NCBI GenBank assembly: GCA_045597865.1
Contig: JAZLKX010000025.1
Coordinates: forward strand, 274,573 to 338,572
Source of the DNA: Bacilli bacterium
Lineage (GTDB): Bacteria; Bacillota_I; Bacilli_A; RFN20; CAG-826
Direction of reading: 5' to 3'
Length of the DNA stretch: 64,000 nucleotides
Under the pieces are notes generated by a model. The model saw only the letters and a program-made list of their open reading frames with translations. It did not search any database and was not told where the DNA came from. The translations under genes and the position numbers were made by a program. Shown piece after piece: positions 17,735-27,098 of the stretch (positions are counted from its first letter, which is position 1; each line of letters opens with the position of its first letter).

Positions 17735-18829
17735 TTACTTAAGATACTGAGCAAAACATTCATCAGTTAATTTATTTGTAATATCTTTGTTATGTGAGAG
17801 TAAATATTTTTTGTTATCTTCTAAGGTTGTTAAGAATCCAATTTTCCAGTTTTTCATACAGGCATCAATAAGCCAAGTTGAATCAAATTCTCTGGTTGGC
17901 TCAATTTTATCGCATGCGTATACGACCATTCCAAGCGCGGACATGTTCGCTTTGCCTGTGCAATGGAACTTAATTGCGTCCAAGATTTCTGGATCATTAA
18001 TTCCAAAATCTCTATGAGCAAGGAATTCACCAATAAATTGGTGATACGCAAAAGGTGGCAAATCCAAATAATCTGGATAATGTTCCTTCATTAATGAAAT
18101 CATGTCTTCACCATCGTTTTTGTATGTTTTTCCAAGGTCATGGAACAAAGCTGCATAAAAATATTTTTCAATTGGTTCAAGATTATTAACTTTTGCAACC
18201 TTATAGGTTAAGTTAGCAACCTCAATTGAATGATTTAATCTCTTCTCAGGAAGATATTTAGCAAGTTTCTTTACGTAGTAAAGACGATTGCGCTCAATGT
18301 AATCTAAAACGTCAAATGGAAGATCAATCGATTTCATCTCGCGGATTGAAGATGAACTAACTTCACCGCTTTCATAAAATTCCAAGTCCACCATTTCATA
18401 TTCTTCAATAACTTTGTTATTGAGTTCAATGCCTGGACGGTTTACAAAGCAAATCTTGGCGAGTTTGCTTAATTCTTTAGCGTCTTTCCAATCACCAAAT
18501 TTATTAACTTGATCAGCACCAATTAAGAAATAAAGGGTGTCATTCGGGTGAATACTGATTAAATATTTGACTGTGTCAATTGAGTAATTGACTTCGTCTT
18601 TGGAATTTAATTCATATTCACAGATTTCATAGTTAAAACTTGCATCTTTTAATGCAATTTTTAACATTTCTAATCTTTGATTAGAGGTTTCTTCTGGTGA
18701 TTTCCATCTTGGGGATTTTGCTGGAACAAAAATAAGAGAAGCATTTAGCTTCTTTGAAGCTGCTTCACTTATTCTTAAATGACCGTTATGGATTGGATCA
18801 AAAGTTCCACCAAAAATTACAAGATTCAT
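17735..18829 (-). CDS. nadD: Fusion protein: nicotinate-nucleotide adenylyltransferase (NadD) plus YqeK HD-domain hydrolase
   Basis: 364 aa. N-terminus has GGTFDPIHNGH (NadD). C-terminal half has HSIEVANL...FHDLGK...CDK (YqeK-type HD). Confidence 0.9.
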   Translation of the reverse strand: MNLVIFGGTFDPIHNGHLRISEAASKKLNASLIFVPAKSPRWKSPEETSNQRLEMLKIALKDASFNYEICEYELNSKDEVNYSIDTVKYLISIHPNDTLYFLIGADQVNKFGDWKDAKELSKLAKICFVNRPGIELNNKVIEEYEMVDLEFYESGEVSSSSIREMKSIDLPFDVLDYIERNRLYYVKKLAKYLPEKRLNHSIEVANLTYKVAKVNNLEPIEKYFYAALFHDLGKTYKNDGEDMISLMKEHYPDYLDLPPFAYHQFIGEFLAHRDFGINDPEILDAIKFHCTGKANMSALGMVVYACDKIEPTREFDSTWLIDACMKNWKIGFLTTLEDNKKYLLSHNKDITNKLTDECFAQYLK

Positions 18830-18831
18830 AA

Positions 18832-19980
18832 TTAATCGTTTTTGACTTTTGGTCTAGATGTATAAATTGCGACACCTTTTGGAACGTAGATACGTAATTT
18901 TTGGTTTGTTGAGTTAATTGTAACCCATCCTAAACCTGCAAATCCGATATCTCTTGGGATTGGTTTCTTATTTTGGAATGTAATATCAAAGATTTCCATA
19001 TCTTTAGTAGACTTAATTCTATTAAGAGATGGATTTAATTGACCTCTTGAGTTCAAAGAGATGAATTTCTTCTCTACATCAGTGATGTGAGACTTACGTA
19101 ATTGTACATTATCGTGGAAATAGCATGTAAATGTGGCTCTATCGCCTTCTAATACTTCGATGATGCCTAATCCACCAATGAATAAAGATTGATGCTCAGA
19201 AATGGACATTTCACGAGCTTCAACTGGTTTAGTAAGATAAATTGATTTCAAAGTCTTTGCGTCAAGACCAAATAAAATTGAGTTGGTAATTGAAATACCT
19301 GGAGTTTCATACATTGATGAACGATTGTTTAAAGGAATTTCCATTACTTTAAGATTTGTATTTTTATATTCATGAGTCATGATATTTCCGTTTGAAAGAT
19401 TTGAATAAATCTTTAAGAATGCGGAAATAAGAGCAGTTTTACCTGAATCGGATTGACCAATAATGAAGACATCTTTGCCATTCTTTAATTCGAAAATACG
19501 AGTTAAAGTTTCTTGGATTGAATCATCATCTTGTTTAGTTGTGATCATTACGTCTTCAGCTTTAATCTTTAAGCCTGCGACTCTAAATCTATGTGCAACG
19601 TATTCGGAAGTGTCATAAAGACTTGTTCCTTCTGGAAGAAGGTCAAACTTAGTACCAACAACTAAAATATTAGCATCACTTATAAGTTCAGTAAGTTCTT
19701 TGGAGAATGAGGTTTCGAATGAGAACAAGTTTACTACGTAAACAATTAAACAACCTTTTTCTTTAGCTTGTTTAATTACTTCGATGAATTCTTCATCGAT
19801 GTATGGTTCATTAGAAACTGATGAAAAACGTTCTGCTTCAAAACATCTATTGCAGAACAAAAAGTTCTGAGTAGGATTTTCTAAAACTTCTTTGTTAACG
19901 TAGCCTTCTTTAGAAGGATCATCACATTGAAGTGTTGCACCACAGCTGTAGCACTTTCTAATTTTCTTAATTTGTTCCAT
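18832..19980 (-). CDS. yqeH: Ribosome biogenesis GTPase YqeH (circularly permuted)
   Basis: 382 aa with N-terminal Zn-ribbon CYSCG...CNRCF and permuted G motifs (VGTKFDLL before GQSDSGKT). Confidence 0.9.
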   Translation of the reverse strand: MEQIKKIRKCYSCGATLQCDDPSKEGYVNKEVLENPTQNFLFCNRCFEAERFSSVSNEPYIDEEFIEVIKQAKEKGCLIVYVVNLFSFETSFSKELTELISDANILVVGTKFDLLPEGTSLYDTSEYVAHRFRVAGLKIKAEDVMITTKQDDDSIQETLTRIFELKNGKDVFIIGQSDSGKTALISAFLKIYSNLSNGNIMTHEYKNTNLKVMEIPLNNRSSMYETPGISITNSILFGLDAKTLKSIYLTKPVEAREMSISEHQSLFIGGLGIIEVLEGDRATFTCYFHDNVQLRKSHITDVEKKFISLNSRGQLNPSLNRIKSTKDMEIFDITFQNKKPIPRDIGFAGLGWVTINSTNQKLRIYVPKGVAIYTSRPKVKND

Positions 19981-20500
19981 TGATTTCTCTCCAATCTTTA
20001 AGCAAATGCTTTTTATTTAGTTTTCTTCTTAACGGATTATCGAATAAACGATTGAATCTTGTTGTTGGCTGATCTTCTTCCACTAATTTCTCAGTCAACA
20101 CACTTCTAATTCCTGCTCCATTAGCACAGCTAATGTCAGTGACAATTTGATCACCAATTAAGATAACCTCATGTCTGTAGATTTTTAATCCTTTAAGCTT
20201 TCTAAGTAATTTCTTAGAAAAAGGTTTTGCAAGCTTTGACATAAATCTAACGCCAAGAGCTCTAGCATATTTTGTGACCCTTTTTCCGGTGTTGTTTGAT
20301 GTGATAATTAACTCGATTCCTTCCATTAATAAATCCTCTTTGAGATCTATTACTCTTTTTGAAGGTGTTGCAGTCTTGTAAGAATCAAGCGTATTATCAA
20401 GGTCAACCAAGATGAATTTTACGCCTAAATTTTTATAAAACGAAACATCGATTTCAAAAATCGATTGAGCATGTGCGAAAGGAATCAAGCGTTTCCACAT
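19967..20500 (-). CDS. yqeG: YqeG-family HAD phosphatase
   Basis: VDLDNTL (DxDxT) and GDQIVTD motifs. ATG at 20498-20500 preferred over the track's TTG at 20506. Confidence 0.8.
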   Translation of the reverse strand: MWKRLIPFAHAQSIFEIDVSFYKNLGVKFILVDLDNTLDSYKTATPSKRVIDLKEDLLMEGIELIITSNNTGKRVTKYARALGVRFMSKLAKPFSKKLLRKLKGLKIYRHEVILIGDQIVTDISCANGAGIRSVLTEKLVEEDQPTTRFNRLFDNPLRRKLNKKHLLKDWREINGTN

Positions 20501-20507
20501 AGTCAAA

Positions 20508-20513
20508 ATTATA
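20508..20513 (-). promoter_or_regulatory. Putative -10 box (TATAAT) 7 nt upstream of the yqeG ATG
   Basis: Minus strand reads TATAAT-tttgact-ATG with no SD. Confidence 0.4.
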
Positions 20514-20568
20514 CACTATTTTTAGAAAAATAATAGTTTTCTAACAAGTAATATAAATCGCGTATATG

Positions 20569-20592
20569 AAAAAAGCGCCCGATTTGAGCGCT
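20569..20592 (-). terminator. Rho-independent terminator after parC
   Basis: Minus-strand AGCGCTC-AAATC-GGGCGCT followed by UUUUUU. The plus strand would have a C-A mismatch. Confidence 0.65.
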
Positions 20593-20610
20593 TTTTTGAT
20601 GAAATTTTAA

Positions 20611-23238
20611 CTAAGCTTCATCATCGTCATCGAAGATGGAGATTTGGGTGTAACCATTTACTGGTTCATCCTCTTCTTCCTTCGCAGAAGGAACTTGTCC
20701 GACAACTTCCTCTTCTTTTACCTTCTCTTCTTCTGGAATAATTCTAGCGTGAGATTCGGTATTTGCGAGGATTCTATCATGGCCTTCAATAAAGGCAATT
20801 TCGAGTCTATTTTTCTTACCAATATTTACGGATTCATGGCAATAGTAATCCATTGGAGTTAAATGATAATCATTAACTTCAATGTCTTGGATTGCTTTCA
20901 TATTTGTTAAGAAATGGAGCAAATTCTTTTCAATTGAAGTATCAAGTTTGAATGCATAGACAAGTTTATGCTCATCAGATTTGAATGTTTTGAAGACCTG
21001 ACTTGGCTTGCCTAAACGGTTCACAAAATTGGTCTTATTTGGATCATAAATTCTGATACAAGCTTTATCGGTAATTAAACAAATTTTTCCTTCAACCTTA
21101 TCCTTAGGATAAGCAACGATATTAACAATCTCTGCTGAACCAAGTTTTGAAATGCCTTTTACACCACCGCTTCTCATGCCTGCTGCAGGAAGTTCATTTT
21201 CATTGTAGAATGTTGCATTTCCGTCACTTGTGAAAATCATTAAATTGCTGTCTCCATCAGTGAAAGCTACATCTGCAAGTTCATCATCAGAAAGTAATTT
21301 CATACAAATGAGTGGTTTTGAATAACGAACGACAGAGAAATCCTGTAACGATAAACGTTTAATTTGACCACGTTTTGAAATCAATACGAAGAATAAATCT
21401 TCTCTAAATTTTTCAATTACGTATGCACGCACAATTTTTTCATTAGGATTTAAGTTAATTAAGTAGTTAATGTGACTACCTTCTTCTTTCCATTTGCATG
21501 ATTTAACTTCATAAACTGGAATATAGAGGAAGTTTCCTAAATTTGTAAAACAAATTAGGAAGTCAGTAGTCATTGCGTTACCACTATAAACACAAACATC
21601 GCCATCTTTCATACCAGGAAGAGGATTATCACCACTTGATTTGTATGATTTGATTGATGATTGTTTGATGTATCCGTCACGAGTAACTGCGAGTACAACT
21701 TCTTCTTTTGCAATGAGGTCACGAACATCAATTTGTTGGTTGCCATCTTTCTCAATAATTTGAGTTTTTCTTTCGTGGCCATAAGCGTTAGAAATCTTTC
21801 TCAAATCAGAGACCAAAAGTCTATTAAGTTTGTTTCTATCTTCAAGGATTCCGTTTAAGAATTCGATGTTAGCTTCTAAGTCTCTCTTTTCGTTCTCTAA
21901 TATAGTAATATCAGTGTTAGACAACTTATAAAGTTGTAACATAACGATAGCTTCACTTTGAGCATCATTAAATCCGAACTTATTTTGGATGTTAATTTTA
22001 GCATCTTGTTTATCTTTTGAAGCACGAATTGTATCAACAACTTGATCCAAAATTGAGATAGCTTTTATTAAGCCGTTTACGATGTCCAAACGTGATTTTG
22101 ATTTGTTCAAATCGTGGGTTGAACGACGTGTAATAACATCGACTTGGTGATCAATGTAGCAATCAACAAAATCAAGTAAGTTCATTGTCTTTGGTGTGCC
22201 ATTTACAATGGCCACCATATTTGCAGAATATGATGCTTTAAGACCTGATTTTGTCATCAAATATTTGTAGATAACATCAATTTTTGCTTCTTTTTTAACT
22301 TCAATTACGATTCTAATGCCGTTTCTATCAGATTCATCACGAACTTCTGCAATACCTGGTAAGACATTATTATGTCTTAACATATCAATTTCGTGGACTA
22401 AGTCAATCTTAACTGCTTTAAATGGAATTTCTGTAACAATAATTGCTTTTTCTTTTGGTGTATCAACAATTTCAGCTTTAGCTGCAATCTCAATTCTTCC
22501 ACGTCCTTGAGTGTACATTTCAGTAAGTCCGTTTGAAGAATAGATAATTCCACCACCTGGGAAATCAGGACCTTTGATAAATTGCATCAAATCTAAAGGT
22601 TCAACTCTTTGGTGATTGATACGATAAATAATTGCATCAATAACCTCTTTGAGGTTATGTGTTGGAATATCAGTTGCCATACCAACAGCAATACCTTCGG
22701 TACCATTAACGAGTAAGTTAGGGAATCTTGATGGTAAAACTACTGGTTCAAAGTCCTTATCATCGAATGTTAAAGCCATATCAACTGTGTCTTTATCGAT
22801 GTCACGAACCATTTCTTCTGCAATTTGTGAAAGTCTTGATTCCGTATAACGATAAGCAGCTGGGCCATCACCATCTATAGAACCATTATTTCCCTGAAAG
22901 GAAATAAGAGGATTGTTATTTTTCCAATCTTGAGACATTCTAACGAGTGCTTCGTAGATTGAGGAGTCACCATGAGGGTGATAATCACCCATAACTTTAC
23001 CAACTGTATGTGCACATTTTACTGTTGGACGTGAGAAAATATTGCCAGCTTTATACATGGCAAAAATGATACGTCTTTGAACTGGTTTTAATCCGTCACG
23101 AGCATCTGGAATTGCACGATCTTGAATGACATATTTTGCGTAAGTTGCAAAGCGGTCACCCATGATTTCTTCAAGAGTTTCGCTATGAATATTTTCGACG
23201 ATTTCTTCTTCAACAATTTGATTAGATTTTCTTGCCAT
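20611..23238 (-). CDS. parC: DNA topoisomerase IV subunit A
   Basis: 875 aa with [14 protein letters not shown] (the Q is typical of Gram-positive ParC/GrlA). No GyrA-box seen. The plsY-parE-parC neighbourhood matches Bacillus and Streptococcus. Acidic C-terminal tail. Confidence 0.85.
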   Translation of the reverse strand: MARKSNQIVEEEIVENIHSETLEEIMGDRFATYAKYVIQDRAIPDARDGLKPVQRRIIFAMYKAGNIFSRPTVKCAHTVGKVMGDYHPHGDSSIYEALVRMSQDWKNNNPLISFQGNNGSIDGDGPAAYRYTESRLSQIAEEMVRDIDKDTVDMALTFDDKDFEPVVLPSRFPNLLVNGTEGIAVGMATDIPTHNLKEVIDAIIYRINHQRVEPLDLMQFIKGPDFPGGGIIYSSNGLTEMYTQGRGRIEIAAKAEIVDTPKEKAIIVTEIPFKAVKIDLVHEIDMLRHNNVLPGIAEVRDESDRNGIRIVIEVKKEAKIDVIYKYLMTKSGLKASYSANMVAIVNGTPKTMNLLDFVDCYIDHQVDVITRRSTHDLNKSKSRLDIVNGLIKAISILDQVVDTIRASKDKQDAKINIQNKFGFNDAQSEAIVMLQLYKLSNTDITILENEKRDLEANIEFLNGILEDRNKLNRLLVSDLRKISNAYGHERKTQIIEKDGNQQIDVRDLIAKEEVVLAVTRDGYIKQSSIKSYKSSGDNPLPGMKDGDVCVYSGNAMTTDFLICFTNLGNFLYIPVYEVKSCKWKEEGSHINYLINLNPNEKIVRAYVIEKFREDLFFVLISKRGQIKRLSLQDFSVVRYSKPLICMKLLSDDELADVAFTDGDSNLMIFTSDGNATFYNENELPAAGMRSGGVKGISKLGSAEIVNIVAYPKDKVEGKICLITDKACIRIYDPNKTNFVNRLGKPSQVFKTFKSDEHKLVYAFKLDTSIEKNLLHFLTNMKAIQDIEVNDYHLTPMDYYCHESVNIGKKNRLEIAFIEGHDRILANTESHARIIPEEEKVKEEEVVGQVPSAKEEEDEPVNGYTQISIFDDDDEA

Positions 23239-23239
23239 A

Positions 23240-25183
23240 TTACTTCACCTCGTCTATAAATGAATCGACCTCGTTGAAGTTGATATTTTCTTCAATCCAA
23301 CTACGTCTTTGTGATGGGTCATTACCCATAAGGGTAATAAGTCTTTGTTCAGCGAGTACTGAGTCTTCAATTGTAACCTTCAAAAGTTGTCTTGTTTTTG
23401 GGTCCATTGTGGACTCTTTTAATTGGTCATCATTCATCTCGCCGAGACCCTTATATCTATTAACTCTTGGGGTTCCGCCAAGCTCTTTTTTAGCTTCTGC
23501 AAGGCCTTCATCATCCCAAGCATATTTGTAAATTTCTTTGCCCTTAACTTCTCTACTTGCACGGTATAAAGGAGGAAGCGCAACAAACACTTTTCCTTTG
23601 AGAATTAATGGTCTCATAAAGTTGTAGAAAAATGTAATAAGTAAGGTTTGAATATGTGCTCCATCTGTATCAGCATCTGTCATAAAAATGATCTTTCCAT
23701 AATGTGAGTTATCTGGATTACAATTCTCCAAAACACCACATCCAATGGTGTTTATGAGTGTTGCACATTCTTCATTTTTAAGAACTTTATCTAAACCTAA
23801 GCCAAAAGTGTTAAGTGGTTTACCACGAAGTGGTAAGATTGCTTGATGCATTCTATCACGTGACTTTTTGGCTGTTCCACCAGCAGAATCGCCTTCAACA
23901 ATGAAAAGTTCGTTTTTATCATAATCTTTGCTTGCTGCTGGGGTTAATTTATCAGACAAAACAATGTCTTGTTTTACTGTTTTTTTACTACGTGCTTCAT
24001 CTCTAGCTTTTCTAGCTGCAACACGAGCAGTCATGGAATCTTGACATTTCTTGATCAAATTGACTGCAAACTCTTTATGTTCAGCAAGATAATAACTAAA
24101 GTTATTATAAATAAAGTTAGAAATGATTGGTAAAGCTTCTGGAGTACCTAATTTTTGCTTAGTTTGTCCTTCATATTCGAGCTTTTCTTCAGGTATTTTT
24201 AATGAAATAATTGCAGTTAAACCTTCACGAATGTCATTACCTTCAAGTTTTTGCTTATTTCTAAGCAATCCATTTTCTTCAGCATAATCATTAACTGCTT
24301 TTGTTAAACCTTGACGGAATCCTTGTTCATGGGTTCCACCATCTCTGGTTCTAACATTGTTTGCATATGAGTAAATATTTTCGGAATAATCTTCATAAGC
24401 ATATTGCATTGCTATATCTATAGATATAGAATCGTCGATTCCTTCGAATGCAACGATCTCACCGAGAACCTTTTTGTTTGTCTCAAGTGAACCTATATAC
24501 TCCTTAATACCTTCGTTATAGCAAAACTCAACTTTTTCTCCTGTTCTTTCGTCAGAGAGTACGAATTTTACACCTTTTAAAAGGAAGGCGCTTTCTTGAA
24601 TATGGTTTGCAATAATGTCGTATTTGAAATCAACAGTTGAGAAGATTCTTGGATCAGGTTTGAAACGGACAAGTGTGCCCTTTTTCTTGGTATTACCAAG
24701 AACCTCGATTGGGGTAACAAGTTTTCCACCATCTTCAAAACGGATGTGATGAATTTTTCCACCTTTGAAAACAGTGACATCGCAATATTCAGACAAGGCA
24801 TTGGTGACCGCAGAACCAACCCCGTGTAAGCCAGCACTTGATGTGTAAGCCTTATTTGAAAACTTACCACCTGAGTGTAATGTTGTGAAGATTAATTGGA
24901 CTGCTGGCATGCCAGTCTGTTGATGTATATCAACAGGAATTCCTCTTCCTTCGTCTTCAACACCTAAAGAACCATCTTTGAAAATGGTGATTTTTATTGT
25001 ATTTCCGTATCCACTTAAAGCCTCGTCAACAGCGTTATCAACGATTTCCCAAACAAGGTGATGGACACCTGTTAAGTTAGTAGAACCGATGTACATTGCA
25101 GGACGTTTTCTGACGCCAGCAAGGCCTTCTAAAAGGTCAATATCTTTTGCGGAATAGTCTGATTTTGCGATATTATTTGCCAT
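23240..25183 (-). CDS. parE: DNA topoisomerase IV subunit B
   Basis: GHKL ATPase (VDNAVDEA, GLHGVG) and Toprim (EGDSAGG, DADTDGAHI) motifs. ATG 25183 (MANNIAKSDY) preferred over the upstream TTG. Confidence 0.85.
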   Translation of the reverse strand: MANNIAKSDYSAKDIDLLEGLAGVRKRPAMYIGSTNLTGVHHLVWEIVDNAVDEALSGYGNTIKITIFKDGSLGVEDEGRGIPVDIHQQTGMPAVQLIFTTLHSGGKFSNKAYTSSAGLHGVGSAVTNALSEYCDVTVFKGGKIHHIRFEDGGKLVTPIEVLGNTKKKGTLVRFKPDPRIFSTVDFKYDIIANHIQESAFLLKGVKFVLSDERTGEKVEFCYNEGIKEYIGSLETNKKVLGEIVAFEGIDDSISIDIAMQYAYEDYSENIYSYANNVRTRDGGTHEQGFRQGLTKAVNDYAEENGLLRNKQKLEGNDIREGLTAIISLKIPEEKLEYEGQTKQKLGTPEALPIISNFIYNNFSYYLAEHKEFAVNLIKKCQDSMTARVAARKARDEARSKKTVKQDIVLSDKLTPAASKDYDKNELFIVEGDSAGGTAKKSRDRMHQAILPLRGKPLNTFGLGLDKVLKNEECATLINTIGCGVLENCNPDNSHYGKIIFMTDADTDGAHIQTLLITFFYNFMRPLILKGKVFVALPPLYRASREVKGKEIYKYAWDDEGLAEAKKELGGTPRVNRYKGLGEMNDDQLKESTMDPKTRQLLKVTIEDSVLAEQRLITLMGNDPSQRRSWIEENINFNEVDSFIDEVK

Positions 25184-25217
25184 TTTTCTTATTACCTTTC
25201 TCAATTTCTAAAAATTG

Positions 25218-25226
25218 ATTATAACA
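25218..25226 (-). promoter_or_regulatory. Putative extended -10 (TGTTATAAT) for parE-parC
   Basis: Minus strand reads ttTGtTATAATcaattttt, about 35 nt upstream of the parE ATG. Confidence 0.45.
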
Positions 25227-25235
25227 AAATAAAGG

Positions 25236-25264
25236 TTGAAAATATAAGCACTTTTTTCTATCAT
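25236..25264 (+). promoter_or_regulatory. Putative plsY promoter (TTGAAA-17 nt-TATCAT)
   Basis: TTGAAA at 25236-25241 and TATCAT at 25259-25264. SD GGAGG lies before ATG 25290. Confidence 0.5.
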
Positions 25265-25289
25265 AATTTAGGATTTTGGAGGATTTAAA

Positions 25290-26039
25290 ATGGATATTAT
25301 TTTATATAATATAATCGCAATTTTGTTGTCATTAATTTTTGGATATTTTTTCGGTTCAATACCTACTGGAGTCATACTTTGTAGACTCTTTTATGGTAAA
25401 GATCCACGCAATTTTGGGTCAAAAAACTCTGGTGGAACCAATGTTGGACGAGTTTTTGGCATGAAAATGGGTGCAGCAACCATAATTTTAGATGCTTTTA
25501 AGACCATTTTTCCGATGATTATTGTGTATATTATCCTTAAATTTGCTAATTTGAACGACATTTTCTTAAACAATTTTGGCGAAAATCTCTTCCATAATGG
25601 TTTAACAATGTTAATTGTTGCTCCTTTAGGAGCAACCTTTGGACACTGCTGGCCAATATTTGCTCAATTTAAAGGCGGAAAAGCTGTCGCAAGTTTTGCT
25701 GGTTTTGCCATTGCTACTTGCTGGTTAACATTTGGACTTAGCTTAATTGCCTTCCTAATTACCCTCAAAATTTCAAAACACGTTTCTCTTTCTTCAATAA
25801 TCGGATCGTTAGTTGCCATGCTTGGTGCCTGGATCTTGTTTATCCTTTCAAATTTTGTCCCAAGTTTTAACACCAATTTTGCTTTTTGGGGATTCGGACA
25901 AGAGCCATTTTGGGTTGTTGCAAGTCTAGAGTTTGCAATCGCCTCAACCTTAATTGCCGTCGTTCTTGTAATTAGACACATTTCGAATATAAAAAGACTC
26001 GCGTCGCACACCGAATCAAAAATTAAGTGGATGAAGTAA
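25290..26039 (+). CDS. plsY: Glycerol-3-phosphate acyltransferase PlsY (acyl-phosphate dependent)
   Basis: 249 aa polytopic membrane protein with GSKNSGGTNVGR and FKGGKAVA motifs. Somewhat longer than typical PlsY at the C-terminus. Confidence 0.9.
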   Translation: MDIILYNIIAILLSLIFGYFFGSIPTGVILCRLFYGKDPRNFGSKNSGGTNVGRVFGMKMGAATIILDAFKTIFPMIIVYIILKFANLNDIFLNNFGENLFHNGLTMLIVAPLGATFGHCWPIFAQFKGGKAVASFAGFAIATCWLTFGLSLIAFLITLKISKHVSLSSIIGSLVAMLGAWILFILSNFVPSFNTNFAFWGFGQEPFWVVASLEFAIASTLIAVVLVIRHISNIKRLASHTESKIKWMK

Positions 26040-26050
26040 TTTTCCATATT

Positions 26051-26074
26051 TTTTAGTAGATATTTAGTAGTTTT
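26051..26074 (+). repeat. Phased direct-repeat motif, copy C (TTAGTAG-ATAT-TTAGTAG-TTTT)
   Basis: Half-sites at 26053-26059 and 26064-26070. Starts 13 nt after the plsY stop. Identical 23-mer TTTAGTAGATATTTAGTAGTTTT as copy B. Confidence 0.7.
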
Positions 26075-26095
26075 TTAAACTGTGAATTAATAAAA

Positions 26096-26144
26096 GACTC
26101 CATTGTGGAAACACCAAAAAGTTTCGATGAAATGGAGTTTTTTA
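26096..26144 (+). terminator. Probable plsY terminator (long-loop hairpin)
   Basis: GACTCCATT ... AATGGAGTT with a 26-nt loop containing an internal GAAAC/GTTTC pairing, followed by TTTTT. Confidence 0.45.
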
Positions 26145-26233
26145 ATTGACGATTTTTTAATTTACACTTCTCCACTACTACTGCAACCCACTTCAATTTA
26201 TGCGCTATTAAAAAACAGGCGATTTTAGGCACG

Positions 26234-26257
26234 AAAAAAGCACCTCCGGAGAGATGC
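26234..26257 (-). terminator. Rho-independent terminator after yneF
   Basis: Minus-strand GCATCTC-TCCG-GAGGTGC followed by UUUUUU. Confidence 0.7.
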
Positions 26258-26279
26258 TTCATCAATAGTAATTTCGGGC

Positions 26280-26495
26280 TTATTTGCTGTTTCTCATTTG
26301 ATTCATAACAGCACGAATTTGAGCCTCACTTGGCTTACGTCCCATCTGCATGAACATAGCACGAATCATGTTTTCACTAATAGGTGGATTCTTTTGCAAT
26401 TCGCGTTTGAAGAACCAACGAGAAGCGACGAATCCGACGATTAAACCAACAAAGAATAATCCGATAATTAAGCCAATTGCTACACCTGTTTCCAT
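26280..26495 (-). CDS. yneF: UPF0154/YneF-family small membrane protein
   Basis: 71 aa with an N-terminal TM helix then NPPISENMIRAMFMQMGRKPSEAQIRAVM, characteristic of YneF. Confidence 0.8.
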   Translation of the reverse strand: METGVAIGLIIGLFFVGLIVGFVASRWFFKRELQKNPPISENMIRAMFMQMGRKPSEAQIRAVMNQMRNSK

Positions 26496-26506
26496 ATTTT
26501 TGCCTC

Positions 26507-27061
26507 CTATGCACGTCCAGCGTATTCGCCGGTATCTGTTTTAATCATAATTTTTTCGCCTTCGTTAATAAACATAGGAACTCTAAGTTTATAACCTGTT
26601 TCAAGAACACAGTTCTTTAAGGCTTTATTAATTGTATCACCACGAACTGACAATTCACATTCAGTGACTGTAAGTGCTACAGCTGGTGGTAATGCAATTC
26701 CGAGGATTTCCTCTTCATAGAAGAGGATATCAATCTCAACATTTGAAGTTAGGAAGTTTAATTCCCATTCCAATTTTGATTTTGGAAGTTCAATTTGATC
26801 AAATGTTTCATTGTTCATGAAGACTAATGTTTCTCCAGAATCATATAGATATGCCATTTTCTTCTTGTTTAATTGAACTCTTTCGACATCATAGCCAGAA
26901 TTACGTGCTAAATCTGTGATTGCGCCTGTACGCATGTTTTTGGCTTTAACTTTGGCAACCATCTTTCGCATGGCGGTCTTATTTAATAAGATGTCCACTG
27001 CTAAATAAAGATTTCCTTCATCTAAGAAGTAATAGCCTGGTCTTAATTCAGTAACGTTCAT
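26507..27061 (-). CDS. efp: Elongation factor P (divergent beta3-beta4 loop)
   Basis: 184 aa with full three-domain EF-P similarity (RPG..., NMRTGAI, VPMFINEGEKIMIKTDTGEYAGRA). The loop reads NKTAMRKM instead of VKPGKGQA. Confidence 0.85.
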   Translation of the reverse strand: MNVTELRPGYYFLDEGNLYLAVDILLNKTAMRKMVAKVKAKNMRTGAITDLARNSGYDVERVQLNKKKMAYLYDSGETLVFMNNETFDQIELPKSKLEWELNFLTSNVEIDILFYEEEILGIALPPAVALTVTECELSVRGDTINKALKNCVLETGYKLRVPMFINEGEKIMIKTDTGEYAGRA

Positions 27062-27098
27062 GCTAATCCTCCAAAATCATTTAGATTATATCTAAAAA

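Noticed and set aside
20611-25183. Alternative call as gyrA/gyrB
   Set aside because: The A subunit has KPVQRRI (ParC/GrlA-like) and I see no GyrA-box. The pair is adjacent to plsY and yneF as parE-parC is in Bacillus and Streptococcus, and there is no dnaA/dnaN/recF context. Not fully excluded without phylogeny.
26053-26265. 70-aa minus-strand ORF in the plsY/yneF gap
   Set aside because: It spans two oppositely oriented terminator hairpins, has no SD and has no recognisable family.
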